Assembly: GCA_963668675.2 (NCBI GenBank)
Contig: CAXXMB010000002.1
Coordinates: 960,001-1,024,000 of the forward strand
Direction: 5' to 3'
DNA: 64,000 nucleotides
Source: an uncultured Desulfatitalea sp.
GTDB lineage: Bacteria; Desulfobacterota; Desulfobacteria; Desulfobacterales; Desulfosarcinaceae
Part shown: positions 19,592 through 29,425 of the stretch, piece after piece
Layout: every line of letters begins with the position of its first letter
How positions within the stretch are numbered: the first letter of the stretch is position 1
The notes under the pieces: model-generated
Database searches by the model: none
What the model was told of the DNA's origin: nothing
Seen by the model: only the letters and a program-made list of their open reading frames with translations
Program-made: the position numbers and the translations under genes

Positions 19592-20152
19592 AATTCAGAA
19601 AAAATGATGCTTGCCACCTTGGCATGCCTTGATTCCCCTGGAAACGTCTATTGTCGAATGCCTCCGAACGAGGCCTTCTACTGTGCTCTGTGTAGATATA
19701 CAATCATTGTGCCAAAGAGAATACCCTTGATAACGCATCGAATATCTGTTTTTTTATTTGTTTTACCCCTCTGATTTGCGATCATTCTGAAATGCTCCCT
19801 GTGGGCACTACATCAATTTGAGAGAACAATTATATTCCACCCAACGCCTTTTCAGCTTGATCCAGTTCAATGCTCAAAGTGCCGAAACAGAACTTTTAGA
19901 AAAATTCACCAATATATTGAATGGTTATAAAGAAAGGAGCGGGTCTGTACTTGCCCCTTTCAAATTACCAACGAAATAGGAACTTCAGTATCAAAGACAA
20001 CGACCGATAAAAAACAAAGCCAAATTGGTGCCTGACGACGGGCCATAATGCCGTTTGAATGGTTACGGCAATTTGCGGGTTCAGAATTAAGGATTATAAT
20101 AGGTTTTATAGTTTACGGACCTCAATAGATGACATAGTTCAGGAGGAGATTC

Positions 20153-20308
20153 ATGGAATTGAAATATGAGTGCACCAACGATTGGTGCCGCCGGAAAAAC
20201 GAACACCAGCAGAAGGTCGATTTGCCTGCCGAATTGGTGATGGATGAGCAGAATGTTGCCGACATGTATTGCCCCAAGTGCAAACGCAAATTGAAAGAAG
20301 TCAAATAA
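20153..20308 (+). CDS. 51-aa zinc-ribbon-like protein MELKYECTNDWCRRKNEHQQKVDLPAELVMDEQNVADMYCPKCKRKLKEVK
   Basis: Strong RBS AGGAGGAG, ATG 20153, TAA 20306-20308, CX4C...CX2C, immediately followed by a terminator; too short for the ORF track. Confidence 0.8.
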   Translation: MELKYECTNDWCRRKNEHQQKVDLPAELVMDEQNVADMYCPKCKRKLKEVK

Positions 20309-20309
20309 G

Positions 20310-20354
20310 GACAAAAAAAGGGGGGGCAAGCCTTGGTTTGCCCCCCTTTTTGTC
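20310..20354. terminator. Bidirectional intrinsic terminator
   Basis: A-tract, GGGGGGCAAG / TTTGCCCCCC stem, T-tract; lies between the convergent small ORF and uppP. Confidence 0.85.
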
Positions 20355-20355
20355 A

Positions 20356-21153
20356 CTATTGCAGAACGAATAGCAGCAGAAACAGGATGGCTGACAGGAC
20401 GATGCGATACCATCCGAAAATCGAGAAGGTGTGGGAACGCACATAGTTCAGTAACCATTTCACGACTAAAAACGAAACCACCGCGGAAACGATAAACCCC
20501 AACAGCACCATTCCCCAATTCTCCGGTGTGGCCTCGACGGAGGTGTCGCTCAGGGCGCGGAAAATTTTCAGCCCACCGGCAGCGAGCATGGTGGGAATTC
20601 CCACAAGGAAAGAGAACTCGGTGGCGGCCGGCCGGCTCAGACCGCACAGGAGCATCATCAAGATGGTAGTGCCCGATCGCGAGGTCCCCGGGAATATGGC
20701 GGCGATCAATTGCCCGATACCGACCAGAACGACGATATTCCAAGTAATCGAATCGGAAAAGGTTCGGTCGCGCAACCACCATTCGACCAGAAGAAATGCA
20801 ATACCGCCAAGCAGTAAGGCCCAGGCCACCGGCCCCAATGCTTCCGGCAGCTCGAAGCCGAACTTGTCCAGAAGCAATCCACCAGCTCCGGTAATGCCGA
20901 AAGCGACAGCAATTTTTAACGCATAGAGCTGAGTTTCGCGTTTGCGCCACTCAAAAGCAAACTGGTGCAGCCGCTGGGGAAATAGCGGCAGAACGGCAAT
21001 AACCGCCCCGCTCTGGATTACGATATTGAACAGATCGCTCTGCCGCGGCAGCCACTGCTCGGCGATCAGCAGGTGGGCGGTCGAAGAGATGGGCAGAAAC
21101 TCGGTGATCCCTTCGATGATTCCAAGGATGACAACGGCAATCCAGATCGGCAT
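20356..21153 (-). CDS. uppP: Undecaprenyl-diphosphate phosphatase
   Basis: LGIIEGITEFLPISSTAHL, PGTSRSGTT, ATEFSFLVGIP. Confidence 0.95.
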   Translation of the reverse strand: MPIWIAVVILGIIEGITEFLPISSTAHLLIAEQWLPRQSDLFNIVIQSGAVIAVLPLFPQRLHQFAFEWRKRETQLYALKIAVAFGITGAGGLLLDKFGFELPEALGPVAWALLLGGIAFLLVEWWLRDRTFSDSITWNIVVLVGIGQLIAAIFPGTSRSGTTILMMLLCGLSRPAATEFSFLVGIPTMLAAGGLKIFRALSDTSVEATPENWGMVLLGFIVSAVVSFLVVKWLLNYVRSHTFSIFGWYRIVLSAILFLLLFVLQ

Positions 21154-21183
21154 TCAACCTCCAAAACTGCTATAAGTCGGACG

Positions 21184-21966
21184 TCACAGCTCAGATCGTA
21201 TCTGACGATAGAAGCGGTGAAAGGCGTCGCTCTCTTTTCTGCGCGGGCGCGGCAGTGAAACCTTCATTTCCCGGCGTATGCGCCCCGGATTCTTGTCCAT
21301 GATCAAAATGCGATCGGCCAGAAAGATCGCCTCGTTGATGTCGTGGGTGACAAAGAGTATTGTATGCCCCAACTCGTCCCACAGGGCAAGGAGCAGTGTC
21401 TGCATCTCTTCGCGCGTCTGGGCGTCCAAGGCACCGAATGGCTCGTCCATGAGCAGCAATTGGGGTTTCAGGATCAACACCCTTGCCAGCGCTACGCGCT
21501 GTTTCATGCCACCGGAAAGTTGCTTTGGCAAGTAGTTGCGAAAAGGGCCCAACCCCACCATCTCCAGGTAGCGGTCCACTTCCGCCGCCAACGCCTTTCC
21601 TGGCATGCGGCCTTTGCGACCGAAGGCGATGTTTTCAGCCACGGTGAGCCAGGGGAAAAGCGCATCCTCCTGAAAAACCACGCAGCGATCGGCACCGGGT
21701 TTGACCACCGGCCGCCCCTTGACCAGCACTTTGCCGCTGCTCGGGGCGATGAATCCGGCGATGATTTTGAGCAGGGTGGTCTTGCCGCATCCACTGGGCC
21801 CCAGCAGGCAAACCAACTCGCCAGGCAGGACATCGAAATTGAGCCCGCTGAGCACCTCGCAAGCAGCGCCATCCATGGTGAAAAAACGGCCCAGGCTGAT
21901 GGCCTGCAGCGCAGCCCTTGCCCGTTTGGCGTATGGTTGCGTAACAAGTTTCAATCGCCGGCTCAT
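21184..21966 (-). CDS. ABC transporter ATP-binding protein, NitT/TauT family
   Basis: GPSGCGKT, VFQEDALFPWLTV, LSGGMKQRV, MDEPFGALD. Confidence 0.92.
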   Translation of the reverse strand: MSRRLKLVTQPYAKRARAALQAISLGRFFTMDGAACEVLSGLNFDVLPGELVCLLGPSGCGKTTLLKIIAGFIAPSSGKVLVKGRPVVKPGADRCVVFQEDALFPWLTVAENIAFGRKGRMPGKALAAEVDRYLEMVGLGPFRNYLPKQLSGGMKQRVALARVLILKPQLLLMDEPFGALDAQTREEMQTLLLALWDELGHTILFVTHDINEAIFLADRILIMDKNPGRIRREMKVSLPRPRRKESDAFHRFYRQIRSEL

Positions 21967-22745
21967 GGTACTCTCCGTGCGCTTTTGAAGCAGAGTTTCA
22001 TGCCGGTTTTGAGTGCATCGTCACTCAAACGCCCCATCACCGCAATCGTCACAATGCCCACGATGATCATATCGATGCGCCCCAGCATGCGGGCGTCCAT
22101 GATGATGGCCCCCAGTCCATCGGGCACACCGGTCAATTCCCCCAGCACCAGATAGGCCCAGGCGATTCCCAGGCCAAGCCTAAGTCCGGTTACGATACTC
22201 GGCATGGCCGCCGGCAGCAGGATAGCAAAAATTCCTCGAAAGCGTCCGACGCCCATCATGGCACCGGATTGATAGAGGATCGGATCGATCTGCCTGGCAC
22301 CGCTGGCGGCATTCAGATAGATGGGGAAAAAAGCCGCCAAGGCGACCAGGAACACCGTGGTGCGCAATCCGATGCCGAACCAGACCAGGCCGAGGGGCAG
22401 CCAGCAGATGCCCGGCACGGCACGCACCGAATTGATGGTGGCGCTCATCAGCTTCTGAAACAGGGCGAGACGACCGGACAGTACGCCCATGGGCAGCCCC
22501 AACAGCACCGCCAGGCCGAATCCCAAAACGACCCGCAGCAGGCTGGCCTGCAGGTCGTTGAAAAAACGGCCCGCGTAAGGGACGCTGCCAGCCTCGCCCA
22601 AGACATAGTGATAGGCCGCATGCAGTACTTTGCCCGGACCGGGCAACAGGTAGGCCGGCACTATCTTCGTGGCGCTGACCAGGATCCAGGTCAGCAGCAA
22701 AAGGAGCGGGAAGATCCAGGGCAGCAGGCGATCGAGTCGCGGCAT
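21963..22745 (-). CDS. ABC transporter permease, NitT/TauT family
   Basis: LQASLLRV, LVWFGIG, AMPSIVTGLRLGLGIAW..LV.GE. Confidence 0.92.
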   Translation of the reverse strand: MPRLDRLLPWIFPLLLLLTWILVSATKIVPAYLLPGPGKVLHAAYHYVLGEAGSVPYAGRFFNDLQASLLRVVLGFGLAVLLGLPMGVLSGRLALFQKLMSATINSVRAVPGICWLPLGLVWFGIGLRTTVFLVALAAFFPIYLNAASGARQIDPILYQSGAMMGVGRFRGIFAILLPAAMPSIVTGLRLGLGIAWAYLVLGELTGVPDGLGAIIMDARMLGRIDMIIVGIVTIAVMGRLSDDALKTGMKLCFKSARRVP

Positions 22746-22754
22746 GGATTGGTC

Positions 22755-23696
22755 CTATCTCTTTTCGGCTTTTACTTTGTTCGTAAACTGCAGATCGAAA
22801 AGCTGGCCGTAATCGGGCTGCCGGTCGATCACCTTGAGCGCCTGCATACGCGCCCCCAGAGCCTTGGCTTTGGCGATAAAGGCGTCATCCATCTCCCAGG
22901 CCAACTCCATGTTGGGGGCCGCCGCCTTCAGGATGGTTTTACTGGTTCCGAAAGTGGCTGCTTTGTCTATCCACTCGTCCGGATGGCCGTTCAAATAGTC
23001 GGTCGCCTCGGCATGGATCTTGACCAGTTGCAGCACCAACTCGGGATTTTTTTCGATGGCTTGGCGAGTGACGAGCATCCCAGCATTGATGGTGCCTATG
23101 GTGTCATCATAATAAGGATAGTCGAGGATGCGCCCATATCCTTCATGAACCGCAAGGGTAGGGAAAGGCTCTCCCGATAGAAACGCATCTATGCTGCGCC
23201 GGGCCAGTGCCAATCCCATATCGAAAAAATCCACTCGGATCAGATGTGCCTCCTTTTCAGGGTTGATCTGGTTACGCGTTAACGCCTCGCGCAGCAGGAT
23301 CTCGTGCATGGTGCCAGGGACATAGCCGATCTTTTTTCCTTTCAAGTCGGCGATGGCATGGATGGTGCCGTCTTTTCGGACCACCAGGGCCGAACATTTG
23401 TTGCACAGAGCAGCCACGACCACCACAGGTTGACCCTGGACCGCCGAATGGATGGCATGGGCCAGGGTCGTGCCGCACATGTCCAGGCTGCCGGCCAGAA
23501 GGGCGGTCTTTTGATCGGCGGGATTGGTGAAGGCAAAGGTTTTCATCTCCATCCGGTCACCGGCAAACTGCTGGTAGAAAAAAGGCTGGATGGTCTGGGC
23601 CGTTTTCCAGGTGCCCACCTTAACCTCGGCATCGCCCGAAGCCAGACCAGCCGCCGCCAACCATCCGATCAGCACGCACAGGAGATATCGTTTCAT
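22755..23696 (-). CDS. ABC transporter substrate-binding protein (SsuA/THI5/NMT1-like)
   Basis: Signal peptide, IADLKGKKIG, IDAFLSGEPFP, IEKNPELV; co-operonic with permease and ATPase. Confidence 0.88.
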   Translation of the reverse strand: MKRYLLCVLIGWLAAAGLASGDAEVKVGTWKTAQTIQPFFYQQFAGDRMEMKTFAFTNPADQKTALLAGSLDMCGTTLAHAIHSAVQGQPVVVVAALCNKCSALVVRKDGTIHAIADLKGKKIGYVPGTMHEILLREALTRNQINPEKEAHLIRVDFFDMGLALARRSIDAFLSGEPFPTLAVHEGYGRILDYPYYDDTIGTINAGMLVTRQAIEKNPELVLQLVKIHAEATDYLNGHPDEWIDKAATFGTSKTILKAAAPNMELAWEMDDAFIAKAKALGARMQALKVIDRQPDYGQLFDLQFTNKVKAEKR

Positions 23697-24718
23697 TGTA
23701 TGGCACTCTCTTTTGCGAAGTTAAAACAGTTGGAGGGCAGCATAGGGTCCAGGCCCATCTCGCGCTGCAGTTCATGACAGCGGGCAAAATTCTGCCCGCG
23801 TCCTTTACCCGTATCCGCGTGTCCATCCCGGGGGCTGGATCCCACCTCGGGGAAAAAGAGATTTGCGCCGGCCATCAGGGAGGCGCTGTGGGGTTCGTGG
23901 GTGCAGTGGGCCTGTGGGACATCACCCATCACCAGCCTCGATACGGCCACCATCCGGGCCATCTCCAACTCGGTGATCATGCCGTATTCGGACATGGGCG
24001 ACCCCGGAAAATTGATCCGCCGCATGATGCCGCTGTATGTGGCCCCGTAGGTGCGGGCCAGCAACATGAGATCCACAATCTCTTCGTGGCTGTGCTCCGG
24101 TCCCACCGGCTCGACGCAGTTCATCCACTGCAGGCCGACATCCTTAAACACCTGAATGGTTCTGATGCGCTTCTCCGGCTTGAGCGGGGTGTCCCGCCCC
24201 TCCCCTAATCGCACGGAGTGGTAGGCCCCCACAAAACCGGCCTTCAGAAGGGCCTCACCCTCCTTGTGGTTGATATCCCGGATATTGGCCACCAGTCGGG
24301 TAGAGACGTCGCCACCCAACATACGGCCGATCTCCAGAAACCGCTCGAACGAAAAATTACCGGTGGTCATCAGGTTGATAGCGTCAGCCCCATTCTCCTC
24401 GGCCTCTTTCGCCCAGGCCAGGAGCTGCGCGTCATCGAAGGCGATGGACTCCTTGAAGATGCCCGCCTTGATGGTCAACGAACAGAACCGGCAGTTGATC
24501 GGACAGGGTGCAACGTTGACACCGATATGGAAATGGTTCTCACCTTTGTTCCCAAACTGCTCCCGGGACATCTCGTTGGCCGTCTGCATCAGGGCATAGG
24601 TCTCTCTGCTGTGCAGGGGAAGCGCCATCAACGTCAGTGCCTCCTTGCGCATCAGCCCTTCAAAGGCCGCCCCCTTTTTCAATATGTCACCGATCTGTGG
24701 TTGAAGATGCCAGCTCAT
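23693..24718 (-). CDS. Radical SAM protein, BioB-like family, function unknown
   Basis: CPINCRFC (CX3CX2C); 341 aa; C-terminal AGANLFFPEVGSSPRD; stop overlaps the SBP start. Confidence 0.85.
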   Translation of the reverse strand: MSWHLQPQIGDILKKGAAFEGLMRKEALTLMALPLHSRETYALMQTANEMSREQFGNKGENHFHIGVNVAPCPINCRFCSLTIKAGIFKESIAFDDAQLLAWAKEAEENGADAINLMTTGNFSFERFLEIGRMLGGDVSTRLVANIRDINHKEGEALLKAGFVGAYHSVRLGEGRDTPLKPEKRIRTIQVFKDVGLQWMNCVEPVGPEHSHEEIVDLMLLARTYGATYSGIMRRINFPGSPMSEYGMITELEMARMVAVSRLVMGDVPQAHCTHEPHSASLMAGANLFFPEVGSSPRDGHADTGKGRGQNFARCHELQREMGLDPMLPSNCFNFAKESAIQ

Positions 24719-24970
24719 TCGCCCCCTCTTCCGTTAGTTGGTTTCAGTCGTTTGTCGTGAAGCCCTCGAAACAATTACAGTGCTGCGATGGGAATCAGAC
24801 AACCAGGAGGTCGGCACCGTCTGTCTGCATGTATGACTGTCTATCAAAATAGCGCCATTTTTTAAACACTATTGAAATTGCCGGTTGCCTTATCGGCTAT
24901 ATCGTCCAATAGTGTTACTGATTCCTGCCCCTTTGCACCATTCACCGGAACAGATCAATCAGGAGGCAAT

Positions 24971-26458
24971 ATGAAACCTGCGTCATTTGTCATTGGTGCC
25001 GCCGACGGGCGGTTGATAGAGATGCCCGGGCGCATGGGCAATCGGCACGGCCTGATCGCCGGGGCGACCGGCACCGGCAAGACCGTCACCTTGCAGGTGC
25101 TGGCCGAAGGTTTCTCACGAATGGGAGTCCCGGTCTGGGCAGCCGACATCAAGGGTGACCTGTCGGGGCTGGCCGCCCCCGGTCAACCGCATCCCAAGAT
25201 CGACGAACGTCTTGAAGCGATCCCCATGCCCGATTACCGCCAGCAGCCATCGCCGTCCCTCTTCTGGGACATCGACGGGCAAAGCGGTCATCCGGTGCGT
25301 GCGACACTTTCGGAGTTGGGCCCCCTGCTGTTGAGCCATCTGCTCGAACTCAACGACACCCAGACCGGCGTCATCTATGCCGCCTTCGACTGGTCCGACG
25401 ACCAGGGCCTGCTTCTGTTGGATCTTAAGGACCTGCGGTCGCTGATCTCCTGGATGTCCGAACACCGCTCCGACCTTAAAAGTGATTATGGCAATATCTC
25501 CTCAGCCAGCGTGGGTGCTATTCAGCGCCGCTTGCTCGTACTGGAGGAGCAGGGCGCCGACCGTTTTTTCAGCGAACCGGCACTGCAACTCAGCGACCTG
25601 ATGCACACCGACTTCGGCGGACGCGGGGTGGTAAGCCTGTTCGACGCCGGTCGCCTCGTTCATCAGGCCCCGCGGGTCTATAGTGCGTTCCTGCTGTGGC
25701 TCTTGGCCGAGCTGTTCGAGCAGTTGCCCGAGGTGGGCGATGCACCGATCCCTAGATTGGTCCTCTTTTTCGATGAGGCCCACCTGCTGTTCGCTAACGC
25801 GACCGACGCTTTGCTGAAAAAGATCGAACAGGTGGTGCGCCTGATCCGCTCCAAGGGGGTCGGCGTCTATTTCATCACCCAGAATCCGACAGACCTGCCT
25901 GAGACGGTTCTCGGACAGCTGGGGCTTAAAGTTCAGCATGCGCTCAGGGCATTTACACCCAAAGACCAGCGGTCCATTAAGGCCGTCGCCGACGGTTTTC
26001 GTCCCAATCCGTTGTTCGATACAGCCCGGACGCTTACCGAACTGGGTACCGGCGAAGCGCTGGTGTCGGTTCTCGATCAGGATGGCCGCCCCACGCCCGT
26101 CGAACGAACCCTCGTTGCACCTCCCGAGGGGCAGATCGGCCCCCTGTCCGTAGAATCGCGCCAAACGCTGTTAGGGCGGTCGCCGTTGAAAGGGCGGTAC
26201 GACCAGGCGGTGGATCGGGAGTCGGCATACGAACTGCTGAAACAGCGTACCGAAGACGCCAGGGCAGCCACAGAGCAGGAAGCCGAACAGAAGCGATATG
26301 AAAAGGAGATGGGCCAACAGAAGCAACCCGGGCGTCAGCGACAGTCCATGGGAGAGGCCATGGCCAAAAGCGCTGCCCGGGCCATCGGCAGCCAGATCGG
26401 CCGTCAGATTGTTCGGGGTGTGTTGGGCGCTATTTTCGGGCGCTCATCCCGGCGGTAA
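24971..26458 (+). CDS. HerA-like ATPase, DUF853/YjgR family
   Basis: NRHGLIAGATGTGKTVTLQ, DIKGDLSG, FFDEAHLLF, RLIRSKGVGVYFITQNP, QHALRAFTP; start MKPASF after AGGAGG. Confidence 0.92.
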   Translation: MKPASFVIGAADGRLIEMPGRMGNRHGLIAGATGTGKTVTLQVLAEGFSRMGVPVWAADIKGDLSGLAAPGQPHPKIDERLEAIPMPDYRQQPSPSLFWDIDGQSGHPVRATLSELGPLLLSHLLELNDTQTGVIYAAFDWSDDQGLLLLDLKDLRSLISWMSEHRSDLKSDYGNISSASVGAIQRRLLVLEEQGADRFFSEPALQLSDLMHTDFGGRGVVSLFDAGRLVHQAPRVYSAFLLWLLAELFEQLPEVGDAPIPRLVLFFDEAHLLFANATDALLKKIEQVVRLIRSKGVGVYFITQNPTDLPETVLGQLGLKVQHALRAFTPKDQRSIKAVADGFRPNPLFDTARTLTELGTGEALVSVLDQDGRPTPVERTLVAPPEGQIGPLSVESRQTLLGRSPLKGRYDQAVDRESAYELLKQRTEDARAATEQEAEQKRYEKEMGQQKQPGRQRQSMGEAMAKSAARAIGSQIGRQIVRGVLGAIFGRSSRR

Positions 26459-26524
26459 AACGGGGCCGAGAGCGCACTCCCAAAGCAGGGTATAGGCGCA
26501 GGGTAGGGGCGAGAGGACGCTCCG

Positions 26525-27082
26525 TCAGGGAGCGACCTCACGGCTTTGAATACCGGCAGTCTGAAGGCCGGTGTCGCTGCAGAAGGCTTCGGTGAAGCGC
26601 TTCTCGATCTTGTAAGCCTCCATCTCACGGACAAAGTGCATCGTTTGGGCGTCCTCCCATCCGGTCGGCTGGGTACCCCTGACCTTGTTTTGAAAATAGT
26701 GGGTCATTTCATGGGCCAGGATCGCCTTTCTGCGGCAAGGTGAGAGAAAACTGCCGACATAGATCACACCGGAATCGACGTCATACAGGCCGATGATCTC
26801 ATCCAGATAGAGCTTGAGAATCTTGCGGGCGCCCTCCTTACCGTACTCGCTCTCCCAGCTCAGGTAGGCATTCTGATTGTTTTCAATGAAAACCTGTTTG
26901 AGTTCGTCGATGTCCACATAACGGATCGAGGGCATCTCGAGCCGCTGCTCGATCTTCATCTGACGGGCAGTCCATCGAAATATCTCCTCGGCCGTCTGGC
27001 AGAGCCCCTGCCCGGCCCCAAGAAGAATCACAACCCCTGCCAGCAGGGGGATACATATCAGGAATCTCTTGTACGGCGTCAC
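26525..27082 (-). CDS. Secreted hypothetical protein with HEXXH metallopeptidase-like motif
   Basis: Signal peptide; ILAHEMTHYFQ and downstream REMEAY. Confidence 0.6.
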   Translation of the reverse strand: MTPYKRFLICIPLLAGVVILLGAGQGLCQTAEEIFRWTARQMKIEQRLEMPSIRYVDIDELKQVFIENNQNAYLSWESEYGKEGARKILKLYLDEIIGLYDVDSGVIYVGSFLSPCRRKAILAHEMTHYFQNKVRGTQPTGWEDAQTMHFVREMEAYKIEKRFTEAFCSDTGLQTAGIQSREVAP

Positions 27083-27176
27083 CGAATCGATCTCCTTTCA
27101 CTCTCTCTAAAAGGAGTATCGACCCTGTGGCGGATTTCTTTATCGCCGCATCAACATTTCCATATTATGGCAGGCG

Positions 27177-28682
27177 CTATTTTCCCTTCACCCCCATTTC
27201 GCGCAGTTGGATCCAGTCGTGAATCTCCATGATCTCCCTGGAGAGGTGGTAGCGCCCATCGTCGAACACCCCGTAGTCGCCGCCGCCGGCCATGGCCGAA
27301 ACGAACCGGGTGGTGTTGGCGTAAAAGAGCCAGGTATTGCACCAGCGCCGCTCGATGGCCTCGTCGAACAGGCTGCCGCCATTGGCGGTCCCCTGGGCAT
27401 ATCCCTTCCGCCAGGCGCTTTCCATCAACTGGGTGGCGCTCCTCACCTGTCCATTGGTGGTGGCCAGGGTATTGTCCAGGCGGTCAAAATGGCCGCGCAC
27501 CCATGAGGTGCCGTGGCAGGCCAAGCAGGTGCGCTGCATGGTCTGCCGTCGCGCCTTGACCTTGTCGGCGCCGATGAGAAATTGGCCGGCCGGGGTGCCG
27601 TCCAGGTCGGTGGGCAGCGGCAGACCCGCACCGTTGCGGATCATGGTGGTATCCGGCGACTTGGGCTGGTGATGCGCATAGATCAGGCCAAAGAGACGCC
27701 ATCCCAAACGATCGCTCATCTGATGGGTGCGCTTGCTGACGACCTCGCCATCGCTGTCCACCACCAGGCTGATATGGCACACGGCACAGGTCGGCGCGGT
27801 AAAATCCCTGCCCACCGTCCAGGGAACCTGACTAAAATCGAACTTATGGTACTGACTCGAAAAGAGGTTGCCGTGCTTGCTGGTGGCGTACACCTTGTAG
27901 GCCGGCACGTCCGGACCGGAGTGGCACTCCCGGCAGGTTTGAGGTTTGCGCGCCGTTTCGATGGAGAAGTGGTGCCGGGTGTGGCAACTGCTGCAGGCGC
28001 CACGGCTACCGTCCAGATTGATGCGGCCAACACCCTGATTGGGCCAGCCTTTGATGATGGGAAACGCCAGCTCCCCCACATCGGTCTCTCGCAGCTCCGT
28101 TCCAGCCATGGCCAGCCGGGTCCCGTGGCAGTAGTAACACGCCTCGGCCTGCGTCTTCTCGTCGGCAGCGGCGATGGTCAACCGTCCGGCTTTGAACGCC
28201 ATCTGCCCGAGAATCGTCCGCTCCAGATCGTTATAGAGCGCGTTGTCGGCCAGGTTGGTATGGGCCATGGCCATGACATTATCTGCATACTGTTTGCGCT
28301 CCTCGGCATGACAGGTGGCACAGTCGTCCGGGCTGACGACCATATGGATCTCGTGGCCGTTGTGCTCGAATGTGTCGGCATGGGCATCGCCGCGCAGGGT
28401 GTGGCATTCGGCGCACCCCACCGCCGTGTTGCGCAACGCCTCGGGCACGTTTTGGTTCGACACCTTGCGGGCCAGCCCCTCGAGCTGCAGGGCCTCCTGC
28501 ACCGTCGTTTTGGCGTGGCGGCTCTGTTCCCAATCGGCTACGATACCGGGGTGGTAAATCGAATGGCAATCGATGCACTCCTCGGTGGCCGAACTGAGCT
28601 TCACTTGAGTCCCGGTGGCCGGAAAAGCCATGACGGGCCAAATCAGGGCAGACAGGACCAACAAAAAAGCGATACGATACAT
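27177..28682 (-). CDS. Octaheme c-type cytochrome, hydroxylamine-oxidoreductase-like family
   Basis: Signal peptide; 8 CXXCH motifs (CIDCH, CAECH, CATCH, CYYCH, CSSCH, CRECH, CAVCH, CLACH); HTRHHFS..ARKP.TC..CH.GPD, SKHG and APTCA.CH spacing as in HAO. Confidence 0.88.
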   Translation of the reverse strand: MYRIAFLLVLSALIWPVMAFPATGTQVKLSSATEECIDCHSIYHPGIVADWEQSRHAKTTVQEALQLEGLARKVSNQNVPEALRNTAVGCAECHTLRGDAHADTFEHNGHEIHMVVSPDDCATCHAEERKQYADNVMAMAHTNLADNALYNDLERTILGQMAFKAGRLTIAAADEKTQAEACYYCHGTRLAMAGTELRETDVGELAFPIIKGWPNQGVGRINLDGSRGACSSCHTRHHFSIETARKPQTCRECHSGPDVPAYKVYATSKHGNLFSSQYHKFDFSQVPWTVGRDFTAPTCAVCHISLVVDSDGEVVSKRTHQMSDRLGWRLFGLIYAHHQPKSPDTTMIRNGAGLPLPTDLDGTPAGQFLIGADKVKARRQTMQRTCLACHGTSWVRGHFDRLDNTLATTNGQVRSATQLMESAWRKGYAQGTANGGSLFDEAIERRWCNTWLFYANTTRFVSAMAGGGDYGVFDDGRYHLSREIMEIHDWIQLREMGVKGK

Positions 28683-28860
28683 GGAATTCTCCTGAAGCGG
28701 TATTGTTAGGATATCACCTTCTCCTTAACCTCAGAGCACCCATATTTCAAGTGGTTAAGAAACCCCGGCGGAGCAAGCGGGTCTCAATATTGAACGCAGC
28801 CGGGGGCCTTCTCGCACCTCAGCCGTCAGCAGTCAACCTTCAGTCTTCAGCCTAACTCGC

Positions 28861-29391
28861 CTACCTTCCCACCACCCCACATGCCACTCGCGCACCGCCT
28901 CCCCCCATCGGTGCAGGTCGATCCGAATAGGTGTCGCCGCCGGCATGGATCATCAGCGAACGCCCTCTCAGATCGGTCAATTTTAGACGCGGCGCCAGAA
29001 CGGGATGGGTCGCCCGGCCTTTCTCATCCATATAGAGCGCCGGCAGGTCGCCGAGGTGGCCCTGGCCATATGGCCCCGAGTGCACTCCGGTGTCCGCGGG
29101 GTCATAATGGCCGCCGGCAGCCAGTCCGGGAACCATCTCGCCATCCCTCTCTCCTGGGCCGCAATTGCCCTCGGTGTGCAGATGGAATCCATGCAAGCCA
29201 GGTGTCAGATTACGAAGATCAGGAGTGAAAAGCGTCCCATAGGGTGTTTCAGAGACCTTGATCGTGCCAATAAATTCTCCAAGGCCGTCTGCCGTGAGCT
29301 TATGGATTTCAATGGTATTGGGATCCTTGGGGTTGCTGCAGGCCCAAAAGGCTATCACAAGGATGGCAAACAGGATGATGGTTTTTCTCAT
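28861..29391 (-). CDS. sodC: Cu/Zn superoxide dismutase, lipoprotein
   Basis: Lipobox-like [42 protein letters not shown]. Confidence 0.95.
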   Translation of the reverse strand: MRKTIILFAILVIAFWACSNPKDPNTIEIHKLTADGLGEFIGTIKVSETPYGTLFTPDLRNLTPGLHGFHLHTEGNCGPGERDGEMVPGLAAGGHYDPADTGVHSGPYGQGHLGDLPALYMDEKGRATHPVLAPRLKLTDLRGRSLMIHAGGDTYSDRPAPMGGGGARVACGVVGR

Positions 29392-29425
29392 ATTTTAATC
29401 CTCCCATACACGGTTCGGGTTTCGG

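Noticed and set aside
23693..24718. Calling the radical SAM gene bioB
   Set aside because: BioB-specific motifs and bio operon context are not evident
24720..24970. Riboswitch (TPP/SAM/cobalamin) upstream of the radical SAM-ABC operon
   Set aside because: No recognisable consensus elements on the minus strand
24971..26458. HerA-type anti-phage defence system
   Set aside because: Standalone DUF853/YjgR-type gene with no nuclease or SIR2 partner adjacent
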